DNA of 64,000 nucleotides from Candidatus Marinacidobacterales bacterium (GCA_965222425.1 CBDCTW010000008.1:178248-242247), one strand, 5' to 3'. Counted from the stretch's first letter, positions 41,450 to 52,107 are shown. Notes: generated by a model not told the origin, from the sequence alone. A program made the numbers and translations.

Positions 41450-42388
41450 TTATTGGGGCGCGGCGGCGCGGTCCAGGGCAGGCGGCAGGCTGAAGCGGAC
41501 GTTCTCGACGATGCCGTCCATCGTGGAGATTTCCAGGTCGGTGTACTCGCGCAGCTTCTCGATCAGGTCGTGCACCAGTTCCTCGGGGGTCGAGGCGCCG
41601 GCGGTAATGCCGATGCTCTTCTTCCCCCGCAACCATGCAGGATCGAGCTTCGACGGGTCCTCGAGCAGGTAGCTCGGCACGCCGCTGTCGTTGCTGACTT
41701 CGCACAAGCGGTTGGAGTTGGAGCTGTTCTGGGCGCCGACCACCAGCACCAGGTCTACGATGGAGGCCAGCGTGCGCACGGCAGCCTGACGGTTCTGGGT
41801 CGCGTAGCAGATGTCCTTGACGTCCGGACCGACGATTTTCGGGAATCGCCGCCGCAGGGCCGAGATCACGTCCAGGGTATCGTCGACCGACAGGGTCGTC
41901 TGGGTGATGTAGGCGACCTTGTCGGGGTCGCGTACCTGTAGCGCTTCCACCCCGTCCACATCGCCCACCAGAAAAACTGGCCCCGGAATCTGGCCGACGG
42001 TGCCTTCCACCTCGGGGTGGTTCTCGTGGCCGATCAGGATGATGTCGTAGCCGTTGGCTGCGTAGCGCCGGCCCTCTATGTGCACCTTGGAGACCAGCGG
42101 GCAGGTGGCATCCAGCGGACGCAGGCCGCGCACCGACGCATCCTGCTCGACCTTCTCCGACACGCCGTGGGCGCTGAACACCGTGATGGCCCCATTGGGA
42201 ATCTGATCGATCTGTTCGACGAAGCGTACGCCTTTCGCCTTCAGGTTTTCCACGACCCGAAGATTATGGACGATTTCGTGCCGCACATAGATTGGGGGCC
42301 CGTACTGTTGCAGCGCCGCTTCGACGATCTCGATGGCGCGCTCGACACCGGCACAAAACCCGCGCGGTTACGCTAGAATGACTTGCAT
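41450..42388 (-). pseudogene. ispH: 4-hydroxy-3-methylbut-2-enyl diphosphate reductase (IspH/LytB) with an in-frame TAA at codon 7.
   Basis: From the ATG at 42386-42388 the frame reads M-Q-V-I-L-A-TAA(42368-70)[35 protein letters not shown].... The invariant Asn of [15 protein letters not shown] is replaced by a stop. The rest of the protein (track ORF 41450..42286) is intact. Confidence 0.7.
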
Positions 42389-42600
42389 CGTTCTCACTTT
42401 GAATGACCGCTCCCTCTTTGGCTTCGTAGCTGTACAACACCGCGAGCCTCATCGCAGGGAATGCCTGCCTAGCGGACCGATGTCAACCACCCAGGGCCCG
42501 GACGAAGGCCTTGCCGGAAGCGCCCGGCTCCGCTTGACAGCCCCACGGTGAAGTCCATATAACTTCCATTAGGCGAAGAGAAAATGGGACAAGCGTCAGG

Positions 42601-43701
42601 ATGACGGCGTCCTCCTCGAACGTGTCGACGAAGGGCGACCTCGCCTACCAGGCTGCAATCCTGCAAGGCGTGTCCCGCACCTTTGCGCTCACGATTCCGC
42701 AGCTTCCAGGCGCTCTCCGTGACGTGGTGGGCAATGCCTATCTCCTGTGCCGAATCACAGACACCATTGAGGACGAGCCCACGCTGTCCGCCGGGCAGAA
42801 GCAGGCGTTTGCGGAACGCTTCGTCGAGGTCGTGGCCGGTCGAGAAGCAGCGGAGCCGTTCGCGCGCGAGCTCGGCGCGGGGCTGTCGTCGTCGTCGACC
42901 GCCAGCGAGCATGACCTGATCGCCAACACCGCCCGGGTCATCCGCATCACAAACGGGTTTCGTGCTGCCCAACGAGGCGCGCTCGAACGCTGCGTGCGGA
43001 TCATGGCGCACGGCATGGCGGAGTTTCAGCAGCACGTGACAGCCGCCGGCTTGAACGACCTGCCCCACCTCGATCGCTATTGCTACCACGTCGCCGGCGT
43101 GGTCGGCGAGATGCTCACCGAGCTGTTCTGCGACTACTCCGCCGAAATCAACGAACGTCGCAACGAACTGCTCCCGCTGGCAGTCTTCTTCGGCCAAGGG
43201 CTGCAGATGACCAACATCCTCAAGGATGTATGGGACGACCGGCAGCGCGGGGCGTGCTGGCTGCCGCGGGACATCTTCCTTGAAGCCGGGTTCGAGCTGC
43301 GCTCCCTGTCCGCGGGGCAAAATGACCCCCGCTTCACCGACGGGCTGTTCACGCTGGTGGGGATCGCCCGCCAGCATCTGGCGGACGCGTTGCGGTTCAT
43401 CCAGCTCATTCCGGCCCATGAAACCGCCATTCGCCGACACTGCCTGTGGGCCTTGGGGATGGCCGTGCTGACCCTGCGCCGCATTCACGCGACGCCAACG
43501 TTCCGGAACGAGCGGGAGGTCAAGATCTCGCGCCGCAGCGTGCGTGCGGTCACCGTAGTCACCAGCACCCTGGTGCGCTCGAATTTGGCGCTGACGCTCC
43601 TCTTCAAGGCGCTGACCCGCGGCCTCCCCCAAGCCGAAGCAGCACGGGCTCCGGACAAGCGTAAAAGCAAGCCCTTGAAGAGTATCCACCACAAGTCATG
43701 A
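42601..43701 (+). CDS. Squalene/phytoene synthase family protein (CrtB/HpnD-like head-to-head prenyltransferase).
   Basis: [10 protein letters not shown] signature and DTIEDE aspartate-rich motif. Confidence 0.75.
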   Translation: MTASSSNVSTKGDLAYQAAILQGVSRTFALTIPQLPGALRDVVGNAYLLCRITDTIEDEPTLSAGQKQAFAERFVEVVAGREAAEPFARELGAGLSSSSTASEHDLIANTARVIRITNGFRAAQRGALERCVRIMAHGMAEFQQHVTAAGLNDLPHLDRYCYHVAGVVGEMLTELFCDYSAEINERRNELLPLAVFFGQGLQMTNILKDVWDDRQRGACWLPRDIFLEAGFELRSLSAGQNDPRFTDGLFTLVGIARQHLADALRFIQLIPAHETAIRRHCLWALGMAVLTLRRIHATPTFRNEREVKISRRSVRAVTVVTSTLVRSNLALTLLFKALTRGLPQAEAARAPDKRKSKPLKSIHHKS

Positions 43702-43946
43702 GACCACGACATGGGCGCAGTTTCTTCGGAGTCACTGGGACACCCTTGCCGCTGCCGATTTCTTCACCACCGAAATCTGGACTCCCGCGGTTCTGGTTAC
43801 GTTCTACGTCTTGTTCGCGATTCAGCTGAAGACCCGCCGGGTCCATATCTCGATACCCACACCAAACCCGGACCGAGTCTTCATGAAACAAGTAGCGCTC
43901 GACCTTGCCGCGTTCGACGACAGCTTTCTCCGGGGCTACTCGCACC

Positions 43947-45040
43947 TGTGCCTTCTATTTATTCATCCGCACGCACCAAACTTGATTAATCTCCGGTCTG
44001 CCAGCACCATGCCGGCATGATTTCGTCGTTTGTTCGCGCTCTCATCTCTGCCTTCAAGGCTCGTCGCGAGCTGGCTCTCGAGAATGTCGCTCTTCGGCAG
44101 CAGCTCGCCGTCCTCCGCCGTTCCGTGAAACGGCCGCGGCTCTCGAATGCCGACCGCGGGTTTTGGGTGCTGTTGCGCAGAATCTGGACTGACTGGGAGA
44201 GCGTCCTCGTCATCGTGAAACCTGAGACGGTCATCCGCTGGCACCGTTGTGGGTTCAGACGATATTGGACTTGGAAGAGCCGACGGCGTAGGCCCGGACG
44301 ACCAGGCGTCGCTCCCGAAATACGTGAGCTGATACGGAACATGAGCAGGGCCAACCCTCTCTGGGGAGCTCCCCGCGTGCATGGCGAGCTGGCGAAGCTA
44401 GGCATCTCCATTTCCCAGGCAGCCGTCTCCAAGTATAGGGTTCGCCATCGCATGCCACCGTCCCATACTTGGCGGAGCTTTCTCGATAATCATGTAAAGG
44501 ACTTGGTGTCGCTCGACTTTTTCACTTTGCCGACCGCAACCTTCAGAGTTCTGTTCATCTTCATCGTCCTTCGCCACGACCGTCGCCGTATCGTTCATTT
44601 CAATGTCACCGAACATCCTTCTGCCGAGTGGACGGCGCAGCAAATGGTCGATGCTTTTCCATGGGACACGGCGCCTCGGTACCTGGTACGGGATCGAGAC
44701 CAGACCTACGGAGCGTACTTCGATACTCGCGTCGACGGTCTCGGGATAGAGCAGGTCCTTACCGCACCGCGCTCCCCGTGGCAGAATCCATTTGTCGAAA
44801 GGATAATCGGCTCCATTCGACGTGAGTGTCTCGACCATGTGATTGTCCTCGACGAGCGGCACCTGAGGCGAATCCTACGCAAATACGTCGACTACTATCA
44901 TTCGTGCCGGACTCATTTGTCGCTTGAGAAGGACGCGCCCGAGCCTCGCCGAGTAGAGTCACCGGCGATGGGCAAAGTCAGTGCCATTCCAAAGGTCGGT
45001 GGTCTCCATCATTGTTACACTCGACGCGCTGCTTGAGTCC
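43947..45040 (+). mobile_element. IS481-like insertion sequence, family E. The left end and the transposase are present, but the right end is not recognisable.
   Basis: Left end CCTGTGCCTTCTATTTATTCATCCGC.... The matching right-end motif (...GCGGATGAATAAATAGAAGGCACAGG) is seen only at 19899-19923 and 55438-55462. Confidence 0.55.
44017..45036 (+). CDS. Transposase with helix-turn-helix and rve integrase-core domains (IS481-like).
   Basis: ...[65 protein letters not shown].... Confidence 0.75.
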   Translation: MISSFVRALISAFKARRELALENVALRQQLAVLRRSVKRPRLSNADRGFWVLLRRIWTDWESVLVIVKPETVIRWHRCGFRRYWTWKSRRRRPGRPGVAPEIRELIRNMSRANPLWGAPRVHGELAKLGISISQAAVSKYRVRHRMPPSHTWRSFLDNHVKDLVSLDFFTLPTATFRVLFIFIVLRHDRRRIVHFNVTEHPSAEWTAQQMVDAFPWDTAPRYLVRDRDQTYGAYFDTRVDGLGIEQVLTAPRSPWQNPFVERIIGSIRRECLDHVIVLDERHLRRILRKYVDYYHSCRTHLSLEKDAPEPRRVESPAMGKVSAIPKVGGLHHCYTRRAA

Positions 45041-45248
45041 GATCCGCTCGGAACGGCTGCCGGACTTCGCACCAGCTTACACCTCTACCCCTGAGTAGAG
45101 CCGACGCCGGCTCTTAAAACGTCCTACATGAAGACGACCAAAGCATCCTGGTTGCAGGAAGTTCGCCAATCTCATACAGCTCAAGTTTATGGAAGGGACA
45201 CCTGATGGAGCGGGGCGCCGGTATCGTAACGCCGGGGCGTGTCGCAGC

Positions 45249-45590
45249 TTAGGCGAAAACGTCCAGAGCCGCTTGGCACGACTCCTTGATTACGATGATC
45301 CGGTCGAAACCGCTGATTCGGAAGACCTCCTCGATGTGTTTCCTCATGGCGCAGAGAACGATCCGCCCCTGGCTCGCCTGCAGCGCCCGTGTGGCGAGCA
45401 GAGCGACCCGCAGACCGACGCTGTTGATGAAGTCGAGACGGCTGAAATCGACGATCAGATGCCGCTCACCGCTGTTAATGTGATCCATGACGATCGATTC
45501 GAACGCGCTGGCGTTCCCGCTGTCCAGGCGTCCAATGGGGAACAGCACGAGCACATCGTGATGCCGTTCTTCCGCAACTTCGATATCCAT
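45249..45590 (-). CDS. STAS-domain anti-sigma-factor antagonist (SpoIIAA/RsbV-like).
   Basis: MDIEVAEERHHDVLVLFPIGRLDSGNASAFESIVMDHINSGERHLIVDFSRLDFINSVGLRVALLATRAL.... Confidence 0.75.
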   Translation of the reverse strand: MDIEVAEERHHDVLVLFPIGRLDSGNASAFESIVMDHINSGERHLIVDFSRLDFINSVGLRVALLATRALQASQGRIVLCAMRKHIEEVFRISGFDRIIVIKESCQAALDVFA

Positions 45591-45670
45591 CGGTGACACC
45601 AGCCGGCGTGCGGTGTGGATTCCACCGCATTCCACGCCTGTCGGCGCGGAGCCTCATTGAAGCGAGTCCG

Positions 45671-46489
45671 TCAGAACCGCCAGATCACCAGCAGTTGCGG
45701 CACGTTGTCATCTTCGTCTGCGCCCAGCTTGTTCCGCCAGTACTGGTACTCTATTCCCACCAGCAATTGATTCGCCGCTCCAAACAACGCTCCCAAATCC
45801 CAGGTGAGTTGGGGCTGCGCGAGAATCCAGCCCCTACCTCGATTGCCGAACTCGTCCCTCGTCCCGCCGATGTACTCGGCATGACCGCCAAACAAGAATG
45901 ATTGGCTGCCGAGCTGAAAGGGGAGCGCCCAACTGACATCGAACATGAAGCTGCTGCTGGTTCGGGGAGCGCCACCTCCCTTGACGCCGCTGTTGGCGTC
46001 GATGAAGGCCGTCAAGTCGGTGTTAAGGAACGCGAAGCCCGGCACCTGCCAGGACGCTCGCACGCCGGGCAGGTACTTGAAGACGTCGGCGTCCGCGCCG
46101 AAGTTGATGCCGCCGATGAGCGCGATGTCGCGGATCGGCCCCAGCTGAAACTCCGTGCCTGACAGCTTGCTGAAGCTCAGGGTTGGATACCACTCGCCAT
46201 AGAGGTCCTTGTCGTTGAAACCGTCATGACCGCCATCGTCGAGGATGTCGACAAAAAAGTAGCTGTCTCCCAACCGCCAACTCGTCGCATGCTGGACGGT
46301 GAGTATGGAGGTGTATTCCCGTGCGCCCGAGAACGGGTTCGTGAGCTTGCCATACTGATAGTGGAATTCGGCCTGTGCGGCTGCCGCCGAGGCGGACGCC
46401 AGAACCAGGAACGTACCCAGGACGCATCGCAGCAGGCCCGGTAGATGGGAGTGCACGGTCATGGGGTGTGCCTTCTTCACATCCGTCAT
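45671..46489 (-). CDS. Outer-membrane beta-barrel protein with a signal peptide. An alternative ATG lies at 46462.
   Basis: Signal LLRCVLGTFLVLASASAAAAQA. The C-terminus ...LLVIWRF has the terminal aromatic residue and alternating-hydrophobic strands of a beta-barrel. Confidence 0.5.
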   Translation of the reverse strand: MTDVKKAHPMTVHSHLPGLLRCVLGTFLVLASASAAAAQAEFHYQYGKLTNPFSGAREYTSILTVQHATSWRLGDSYFFVDILDDGGHDGFNDKDLYGEWYPTLSFSKLSGTEFQLGPIRDIALIGGINFGADADVFKYLPGVRASWQVPGFAFLNTDLTAFIDANSGVKGGGAPRTSSSFMFDVSWALPFQLGSQSFLFGGHAEYIGGTRDEFGNRGRGWILAQPQLTWDLGALFGAANQLLVGIEYQYWRNKLGADEDDNVPQLLVIWRF

Positions 46490-46654
46490 TGTCCGAGCCT
46501 GATAATCGACGCTATGGCGCCGGGGTGAACCCGCAACGAATCCAGCTGCAGGCAGTGCTTGGAAAATTCATCGATCCGGTTTCGTTCACACCGTATGACT
46601 GTGTCTCCGCCTTCCTCCGATAAGCCGCCGCACTGTGCAAGGATCGGGGTGCGG

Positions 46655-46993
46655 TCAGAACAAATTCATGGAAGCCTTACGGGAGTTCTGGATCGGGATG
46701 AGCTGATCGAAGCCGCTGATCATGAAAACTTCATGGATGTGCTCATGCATGTCGCACAGGACGAGCTTCCCCTGGGTTGCGCTGAGCTTCTTGGCCGCGA
46801 TGAGAAGCACCCTCAGGCCGGAACTACTGATGAAGTTCAGACGGCTGAAATCGACGATCAAGCGCTGTTCGCCTTTGCTGATGTGATCCATGACGATGGA
46901 TTCGAATGCGCGTGCGTTCGTGCTATCGAGCCGGTCGACCGGCAACAGCACCAAGACGTCGTTGTTTCGTTCTTCAACAACTTCAATGTTCAT
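46655..46993 (-). CDS. STAS-domain anti-sigma-factor antagonist, a paralog of 45249-45590.
   Basis: MNIEVVEERNNDVLVLLPVDRLDSTNARAFESIVMDHISKGEQRLIVDFSRLNFISSSGLRVLLIAAKKL.... Confidence 0.75.
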   Translation of the reverse strand: MNIEVVEERNNDVLVLLPVDRLDSTNARAFESIVMDHISKGEQRLIVDFSRLNFISSSGLRVLLIAAKKLSATQGKLVLCDMHEHIHEVFMISGFDQLIPIQNSRKASMNLF

Positions 46994-47041
46994 CGATACG
47001 CCTCTTCCTCGGGTCGGGAGCGATTCCCGACGGTGTTATTG

Positions 47042-47467
47042 CTATGCGGGCTTGAGATCGTGCTCCAAGGTCAAACGGTTCTTGCCCCCCACGAACTCGT
47101 AGGAGATGCGGCTGACGAAGTTCTTGACCAGATGGAGGCCCAAGCCGCCCACGTTACGAGCTTCCAGCGGCGCCGCGGTGTCCGGGTCTGTGTTGAGGGT
47201 CGGGTCGAACGGACTCCCATTGTCCTCCATCGTTAGAATCAGGATATCGCACTTAACCTTCAAGTGGATATCGATCCTGGGATCGACCCCGGCCTCGAAG
47301 CTGCCGTGAGTCACGGTGTTCGTGATTAACTCGTCCAGTTCCAGGTTGATGGCGAAAACTTTCAGTGCGGGCACGTTATTGGCCTCTCCGAAATCTTCAA
47401 CCATGGCCGCCAGATCGCGGAAGTCGGACAGCTGGACGGGTAGTGTGACACGTAATTCATCAGACAT
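47042..47467 (-). CDS. Anti-sigma regulatory factor of the Ser/Thr kinase type (RsbW/SpoIIAB-like, HATPase_c domain).
   Basis: ...INLELDELITNTVTHGSFEAG...ILTMEDNGSPFDP...GGLGLHLVKNFVSRISYEF.... Confidence 0.7.
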   Translation of the reverse strand: MSDELRVTLPVQLSDFRDLAAMVEDFGEANNVPALKVFAINLELDELITNTVTHGSFEAGVDPRIDIHLKVKCDILILTMEDNGSPFDPTLNTDPDTAAPLEARNVGGLGLHLVKNFVSRISYEFVGGKNRLTLEHDLKPA

Positions 47468-47565
47468 AGTGTTGGTTGCTCGTTGACGATTTAAGCCCGT
47501 TCTAACCTCCACAGCATTCCGCGTGCGATCACGCAGGGAAACGGACCTTCACGATTCCGTGAAGC

Positions 47566-50067
47566 TCAGCGGCGCCGCAGGACGAGGCAGGTCATGTCGT
47601 CGTCGGCCGCGGTGCCGGCCGAGAAGTTTCCGATCCGGTCCCAGACATTGTTCACGATGTGCTCCGGCGATTGCCGCGAAGAACCGTCCAGCGTTCCCTC
47701 CAGCCGCTCCTTGCCGAACAGCTCGCCGTTGCCGTTCGTGGCGTCGGTGAGGCCGTCGGTATACATGAACAGTGTTTCTCCAGGCTGAAGGACCTCATGT
47801 CCGCTCGAGTAGTCAAAGTCCTCCAACAAACCCATCGCGAGTCCGCCGGTCAGGGCGAGCGCCCGCCTGGAGTCGTCGGCGCCTATCACAAACGGGGGCT
47901 CGTGCCCGGCGCAGACGTAGTCGACCGCGCCGTTTTCGAGGTTGACCATGGCGAGCATGCAGGTGACGAACATACCCATCGGGTTCTGGCTGCACAGACG
48001 GCGGTTCGTGTCCTCGGCGATCGCGGCGACCTCGGCGGCAATCGTGGCGATATCGGCGCGCCCGAGGAAAGCGGACTTGACCGCCGACTGGGACGCCGCC
48101 ATGAACAGGGCCGCGGCCACCCCCTTGCCCGATACGTCGCCGATGGTGAAGAACAGCATCCCGTCCGACGGCCCCACGACATCGACGAAATCGCCACCCA
48201 CTTGCTTCGCCGGAGTCATCCGCGCGTAGGCGGAGAAGGGGCCCAACTCGACGCCCCCTTCCCGCACCAAAGCGTGCTGCACGAGCTTCGCCATCGCCAG
48301 ATCCTCTTCCATGGCTTCATGTGCCATGCGCAATTGATGGTTGCTATGTTGCAGCTCCCGGGTCCTTTCCGAAACCAGCGTCTCGAGCTGTTCCTCGCGG
48401 TTGAAGACCTGGACCGTCATGTCGCTGAAGACGCGCGCCAGGCTGCCGATCTCGTCGGATCTGCGCATCACCGGTTCCATGACGCCGGAATCGGGTTGTT
48501 CTCCGGTTTCCACCTGCCGAGCGGCGTCGGCGATGATTTCGATCGGATGCGTCAGCAATCGCGAGCCGAAGAGCGCAGCCACGGCGGTGAGACCGAGCAG
48601 CGCGAACGCGATCAGGGCTGTGTTTCGCGCTTCGCCGCGCACCGCGAGCGCGATGTCGTCTAGACTGACGGCAATGGCCAGGCCGCCGATCAGGATCCCA
48701 CCGGTGTTGACGATCGGGGATGCGACCACGATGCCGCGGTCATCGGGTGAGAACAGACTCAGACTCGCCCTGCTGACCACGCTTTCCTGGGCCAGCGCAT
48801 TTTCCATGATCCCTTCGCCGCGGCGCTCGAAGATCCCCGCCGTGTCGACGATCTCGTCACCGGTTTGCATCTCGGCGCGCGGCGCAACCGCGGCCAGCTC
48901 ACCCTCGAGATTGACGATCCAGAGCGCCTGGAGGTTTCGGGAACGGACCAGGATGTCGGCCTGCTGCTGGTAGACCGAGTAGAGCAGGTTGCCCGCACTG
49001 CTTTCGATGGGCACGCCGACCTGGATCAGGCGCGACGAGTCCCGGCTGGCCCTTGTGACGTACTTGTAGACGGTGCCGTCGGAGGCGCGCGGCGATGTCG
49101 GGTGCTCGGCCACCGGCTCCAACCCGTCCAGCAGGGCGCCGAGGTCCTCGAAATGCGGCGTGTCGGCCAGAGACCGGTCCGCCCCGCCGGGAGGGAAATT
49201 GGAATAGATTGTGCCGCGCCTGGAGTCGACGATGCGAATCTCTCCGATGGTGGTGGTGTCGACGATGCGCCGCAGCCGGAGGTCGATCTCTTCGGTCGTC
49301 CACTCGGCCGCCTCCACGGTGGAAATAAAGTAATCCAGAATCGTGGTCTGCACGGTCATGTGCTGGCCCAGGATACCTTCGATCACGGCCGAGACGTCAG
49401 GTCGCTGCGAGGCATAGACATTCCTCAGGAGCTCTTGATCGCCGAACACCAGAGCATCCCCGACTTGCACGATCCTCGGCTGGTCGACGCCGCCGACGCC
49501 GACGTACTTGAAAACCTGTTGGTTGATCTCCCGCACCTGCGCCGGCTGCGTGATGAAGTCATCGCCGTCGAGGGGCGCCATCAGCAAAGTGTAGAACTTG
49601 GATGCCTGCGGCTGCACCGCGGGATCGGGATCGAACTGGAAGGGCACCAGCGCGCCGGTTTCATCCCGGACATTAGTGAGATAGGAGAAACCCTGATCGT
49701 CGGTGATCCAGAACTCGTCGAGCACCGTGTCCCGGACGATCGCTTCAAGGATCTCGATGATCCGGGGCGGGTCGTATCCGGCGGCTTCGGCGGCGTCGAC
49801 CATGTGAGCGACAATGCGCGCCTGGGCCGTCATCGGCTCGTCGAGCGTGGAATCCAATGTCCGCGCGACATTGGCCAGCGAGATTTCGCCCATTTCGGCA
49901 AAGGTTCCCGAAATCAACTCGGCCAGATGCACGGCCGCGATTTCAGCTTCGTCGCGCAAGGCCGTCCCGGAATTGTAAAGCAGGGTAGCCGAAGTCGTCA
50001 GGATCGCGACCGACAGCAGTCCCGCCAGGGCGATAAACACGCGGACCGCCAGGCGCAGACCCTTCAT
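47566..50067 (-). CDS. Membrane sensor PP2C-type serine phosphatase (RsbU/SpoIIE family) with a large periplasmic domain and a HAMP domain.
   Basis: Two transmembrane segments flank a periplasmic domain of about 480 aa. The C-terminal PP2C domain reads ...GGDFVDVV...FFTIGDVSGKGVAAALFMA...YTDGLTDA.... ATG at 50065-50067. Confidence 0.75.
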   Translation of the reverse strand: MKGLRLAVRVFIALAGLLSVAILTTSATLLYNSGTALRDEAEIAAVHLAELISGTFAEMGEISLANVARTLDSTLDEPMTAQARIVAHMVDAAEAAGYDPPRIIEILEAIVRDTVLDEFWITDDQGFSYLTNVRDETGALVPFQFDPDPAVQPQASKFYTLLMAPLDGDDFITQPAQVREINQQVFKYVGVGGVDQPRIVQVGDALVFGDQELLRNVYASQRPDVSAVIEGILGQHMTVQTTILDYFISTVEAAEWTTEEIDLRLRRIVDTTTIGEIRIVDSRRGTIYSNFPPGGADRSLADTPHFEDLGALLDGLEPVAEHPTSPRASDGTVYKYVTRASRDSSRLIQVGVPIESSAGNLLYSVYQQQADILVRSRNLQALWIVNLEGELAAVAPRAEMQTGDEIVDTAGIFERRGEGIMENALAQESVVSRASLSLFSPDDRGIVVASPIVNTGGILIGGLAIAVSLDDIALAVRGEARNTALIAFALLGLTAVAALFGSRLLTHPIEIIADAARQVETGEQPDSGVMEPVMRRSDEIGSLARVFSDMTVQVFNREEQLETLVSERTRELQHSNHQLRMAHEAMEEDLAMAKLVQHALVREGGVELGPFSAYARMTPAKQVGGDFVDVVGPSDGMLFFTIGDVSGKGVAAALFMAASQSAVKSAFLGRADIATIAAEVAAIAEDTNRRLCSQNPMGMFVTCMLAMVNLENGAVDYVCAGHEPPFVIGADDSRRALALTGGLAMGLLEDFDYSSGHEVLQPGETLFMYTDGLTDATNGNGELFGKERLEGTLDGSSRQSPEHIVNNVWDRIGNFSAGTAADDDMTCLVLRRR

Positions 50068-50090
50068 GGGTGCCGCCGGCCGGATGTGTC

Positions 50091-50476
50091 CCGAGGTTCG
50101 TGGAAAAAGAACGGCACCCTCCACTCCGTCATCAGAGTATCATATCAGGCGGCAACCTCCGCGTGTTCGAGAACCTCGCTCAGACGTTGGTAGCCGTCGA
50201 TGCGTCGTAGTTGAATCTGGCCAGAGGCGATAAGCCCAAACAGCAAAGCGACCGCGGACTCCTCGCTGGAGAACGACGCTTGGGTTTTCGTCCGGCGTCG
50301 AAACTCGCGGTTGAGATTCTCCAGAGCATTGGTCGTTCGAATCGATTTCCACATGGCACGAGGGAATTCATAGAAGGTCAGCAGCTGATTACCGGCCTCC
50401 TCTAGGCTTCGGACGACGGCCGGCGCGAGAGGCGTCCACTTGGCGACGAGCTCGTCATAGGCTTTGCGAGCATCGA
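50091..50476 (-). pseudogene. 3' fragment of a second IS256-family element, family G. It carries the transposase C-terminus and the right inverted repeat and is truncated by the ISx insertion.
   Basis: ...IDARKAYDELVAKWTPLAPAVVRSLEEAGNQLLTFYEFPRAMWKSIRTTNALENLNREFRRRTKTQASF... is near-identical to 57150-57513. It shares the 3' flank GATATGATACTCTGATGACGGAGTGGAGGG.... Confidence 0.65.
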
Positions 50477-50484
50477 TCCAGTCC

Positions 50485-51902
50485 TGTGCCAAAACTCGGC
50501 CCTTTTGAAATAGGCCATAAATCAGCAGCTTAGTGTCTGTGTTTGCGACTGGGCCAAGGGCCGTAGGCTTTACAATCGTCTGGCCCGAGGGTGTTATCTT
50601 CAAATCCATGATGACGTACCATGTGCAATTCCTACTGCTCGTTCTGGCTGGCTGGGTCAACCGCCAGCAGCAGGATGTGATCGACTACCTGCAAGAGGAG
50701 AACCGTGTGCTCCGAGCCGGGCTTCGGGGCAAGCGTCTCAGGCTCTCTGACGACGACCGGCGCAGGCTCGCGGTCAAGGCCCAAGCTTTAGGCCGCGAGG
50801 CGCTGGCCCAGATTGCGTCCGTTGCCACACCCGCTACGCTTGTGCGCTGGTACCGCCACCTCATCGCAGCCAAGTACGATGGCAGCAAGAACCGGAGCCC
50901 AGGCCGACCTCCGACGGCGAAGGACATCCGTGAGCTCATTGTGCGCGTGGCGCGGGAGAACCCGACGTGGGGATATACGCGCCTGCGAGGCGCACTCAAG
51001 AACCTCGGACATGAACTCGGACGCAACACCATCAAGAGGCTCCTCGCCGAGCACGGTATCGCGCCGGCTCCGGAGCGGGGCAAGAGCATGTCGTGGAGCA
51101 CTTTCCTCAAGGCTCATTGGGGCGCCATCGCTGCGACAGACCTGTTCACCGTCGAGGTTGTGAACCCGTTCGGGCTCGTCCGCTACCATGTCCTGTTTGT
51201 CATCGATATCGCCACTCGCTGCGTGTGCATCGGTGGGATGACCTCGGACCCAAACGGGGAGTGGATGAAGCAGGCGGCAAGAAACCTCACGGACGTGTGG
51301 GATGGTTTCCTCCTTGGCAAGCGGTACCTCATCCACGACCGGGACCCGCTATTCACCGAGGCGGTACATGGGCTCTTGAGAGATTCAGGTGTGAAGCCCC
51401 TCCGCCTTCCCGCTAATAGTCCGAATCTGAACGCATACGCGGAAAGATTCGTTCTCTCCATACGTCGAGAGTGTCTCGACCGCTTCGTACCTCTCAATGA
51501 GCGACACCTGCGGACAGCGGTAACCGAATACGTAGTGCACTATCACACAGAACGGAATCACCAAGGTCTCGGCGACGAGCTCCTCACACCTCTGCCGGCA
51601 AGCGCGAATGACGCTGGCCCCATCGTGTCGCGAGAGCGACTTGGGGGCATTCTCAACTACTACTGCCGTGCCGCGTAGATGGTCGCCGGCGACGGTAGCC
51701 CCTCGGCGGGCTCGACCGGCGTAGCGTGGAAACAGCTTCAGGAACATGCTTCGATATTCGCTCTCGACTAGGTGGTCATCTGCATGGTGACGACCCGCCC
51801 GCCCAAGACGATTGTAAAGCCCACGGCCCTTGGCCCGGTCGCAAACACAGACACTAAGTTGCTGATTTATGGCCTATTTCAAAAGGGCCGAGTTTTGGCA
51901 CA
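50485..51902 (+). mobile_element. Intact IS481-like insertion sequence, ISx (about 1.42 kb), with unusually long inverted ends.
   Basis: The ends, matching over about 95 bp, read TGTGCCAAAACTCGGCCCTTTTGAAATAGGCCATAAATCAGCAGCTTAGTGTCTGTGTTTGCGAC...GGGCCAAGGGCCGT.GGCTTTACAATCGTCT and the reverse complement at 51902. Flanked by GTCC/GGAC. Confidence 0.8.
50608..51678 (+). CDS. ISx transposase (helix-turn-helix and rve integrase core).
   Basis: [38 protein letters not shown]...[50 protein letters not shown].... Confidence 0.8.
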   Translation: MMTYHVQFLLLVLAGWVNRQQQDVIDYLQEENRVLRAGLRGKRLRLSDDDRRRLAVKAQALGREALAQIASVATPATLVRWYRHLIAAKYDGSKNRSPGRPPTAKDIRELIVRVARENPTWGYTRLRGALKNLGHELGRNTIKRLLAEHGIAPAPERGKSMSWSTFLKAHWGAIAATDLFTVEVVNPFGLVRYHVLFVIDIATRCVCIGGMTSDPNGEWMKQAARNLTDVWDGFLLGKRYLIHDRDPLFTEAVHGLLRDSGVKPLRLPANSPNLNAYAERFVLSIRRECLDRFVPLNERHLRTAVTEYVVHYHTERNHQGLGDELLTPLPASANDAGPIVSRERLGGILNYYCRAA

Positions 51903-51905
51903 GGA

Positions 51906-52013
51906 CGGGGTCGCCTATCGCAGAGCCAGTGCCGCGTCGGCTGGTCTCCGCGAATTTCGACAACGCCTCTAGGATTCGAGATTTCGGCTCTGTTCGCATT
52001 TTCGGACACGACG
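51906..52013 (-). repeat. Solo end fragment of a family-D-like IS, directly abutting the ISx right end.
   Basis: The reverse complement aligns to 26304-26410 (...GGTCTCCGCGAATTT.GA.AACGCCTCTAGGATTCGA...). Confidence 0.55.
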
Positions 52014-52107
52014 AGTGCGCCGCAGCGGAAGGAGGCCGCCCGCCCGAGGAGTCGCACGAGCACGACCGTCAACCGGGAACCCACGGGCGCGGTGCAATAC
52101 ATCGCTC

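Noticed and set aside
42368-42370. Recoding (Sec or Pyl) at the ispH in-frame stop
   Set aside because: The codon is TAA. It is not TGA or TAG, and it replaces an invariant Asn. A nonsense lesion or an error is the sensible reading.
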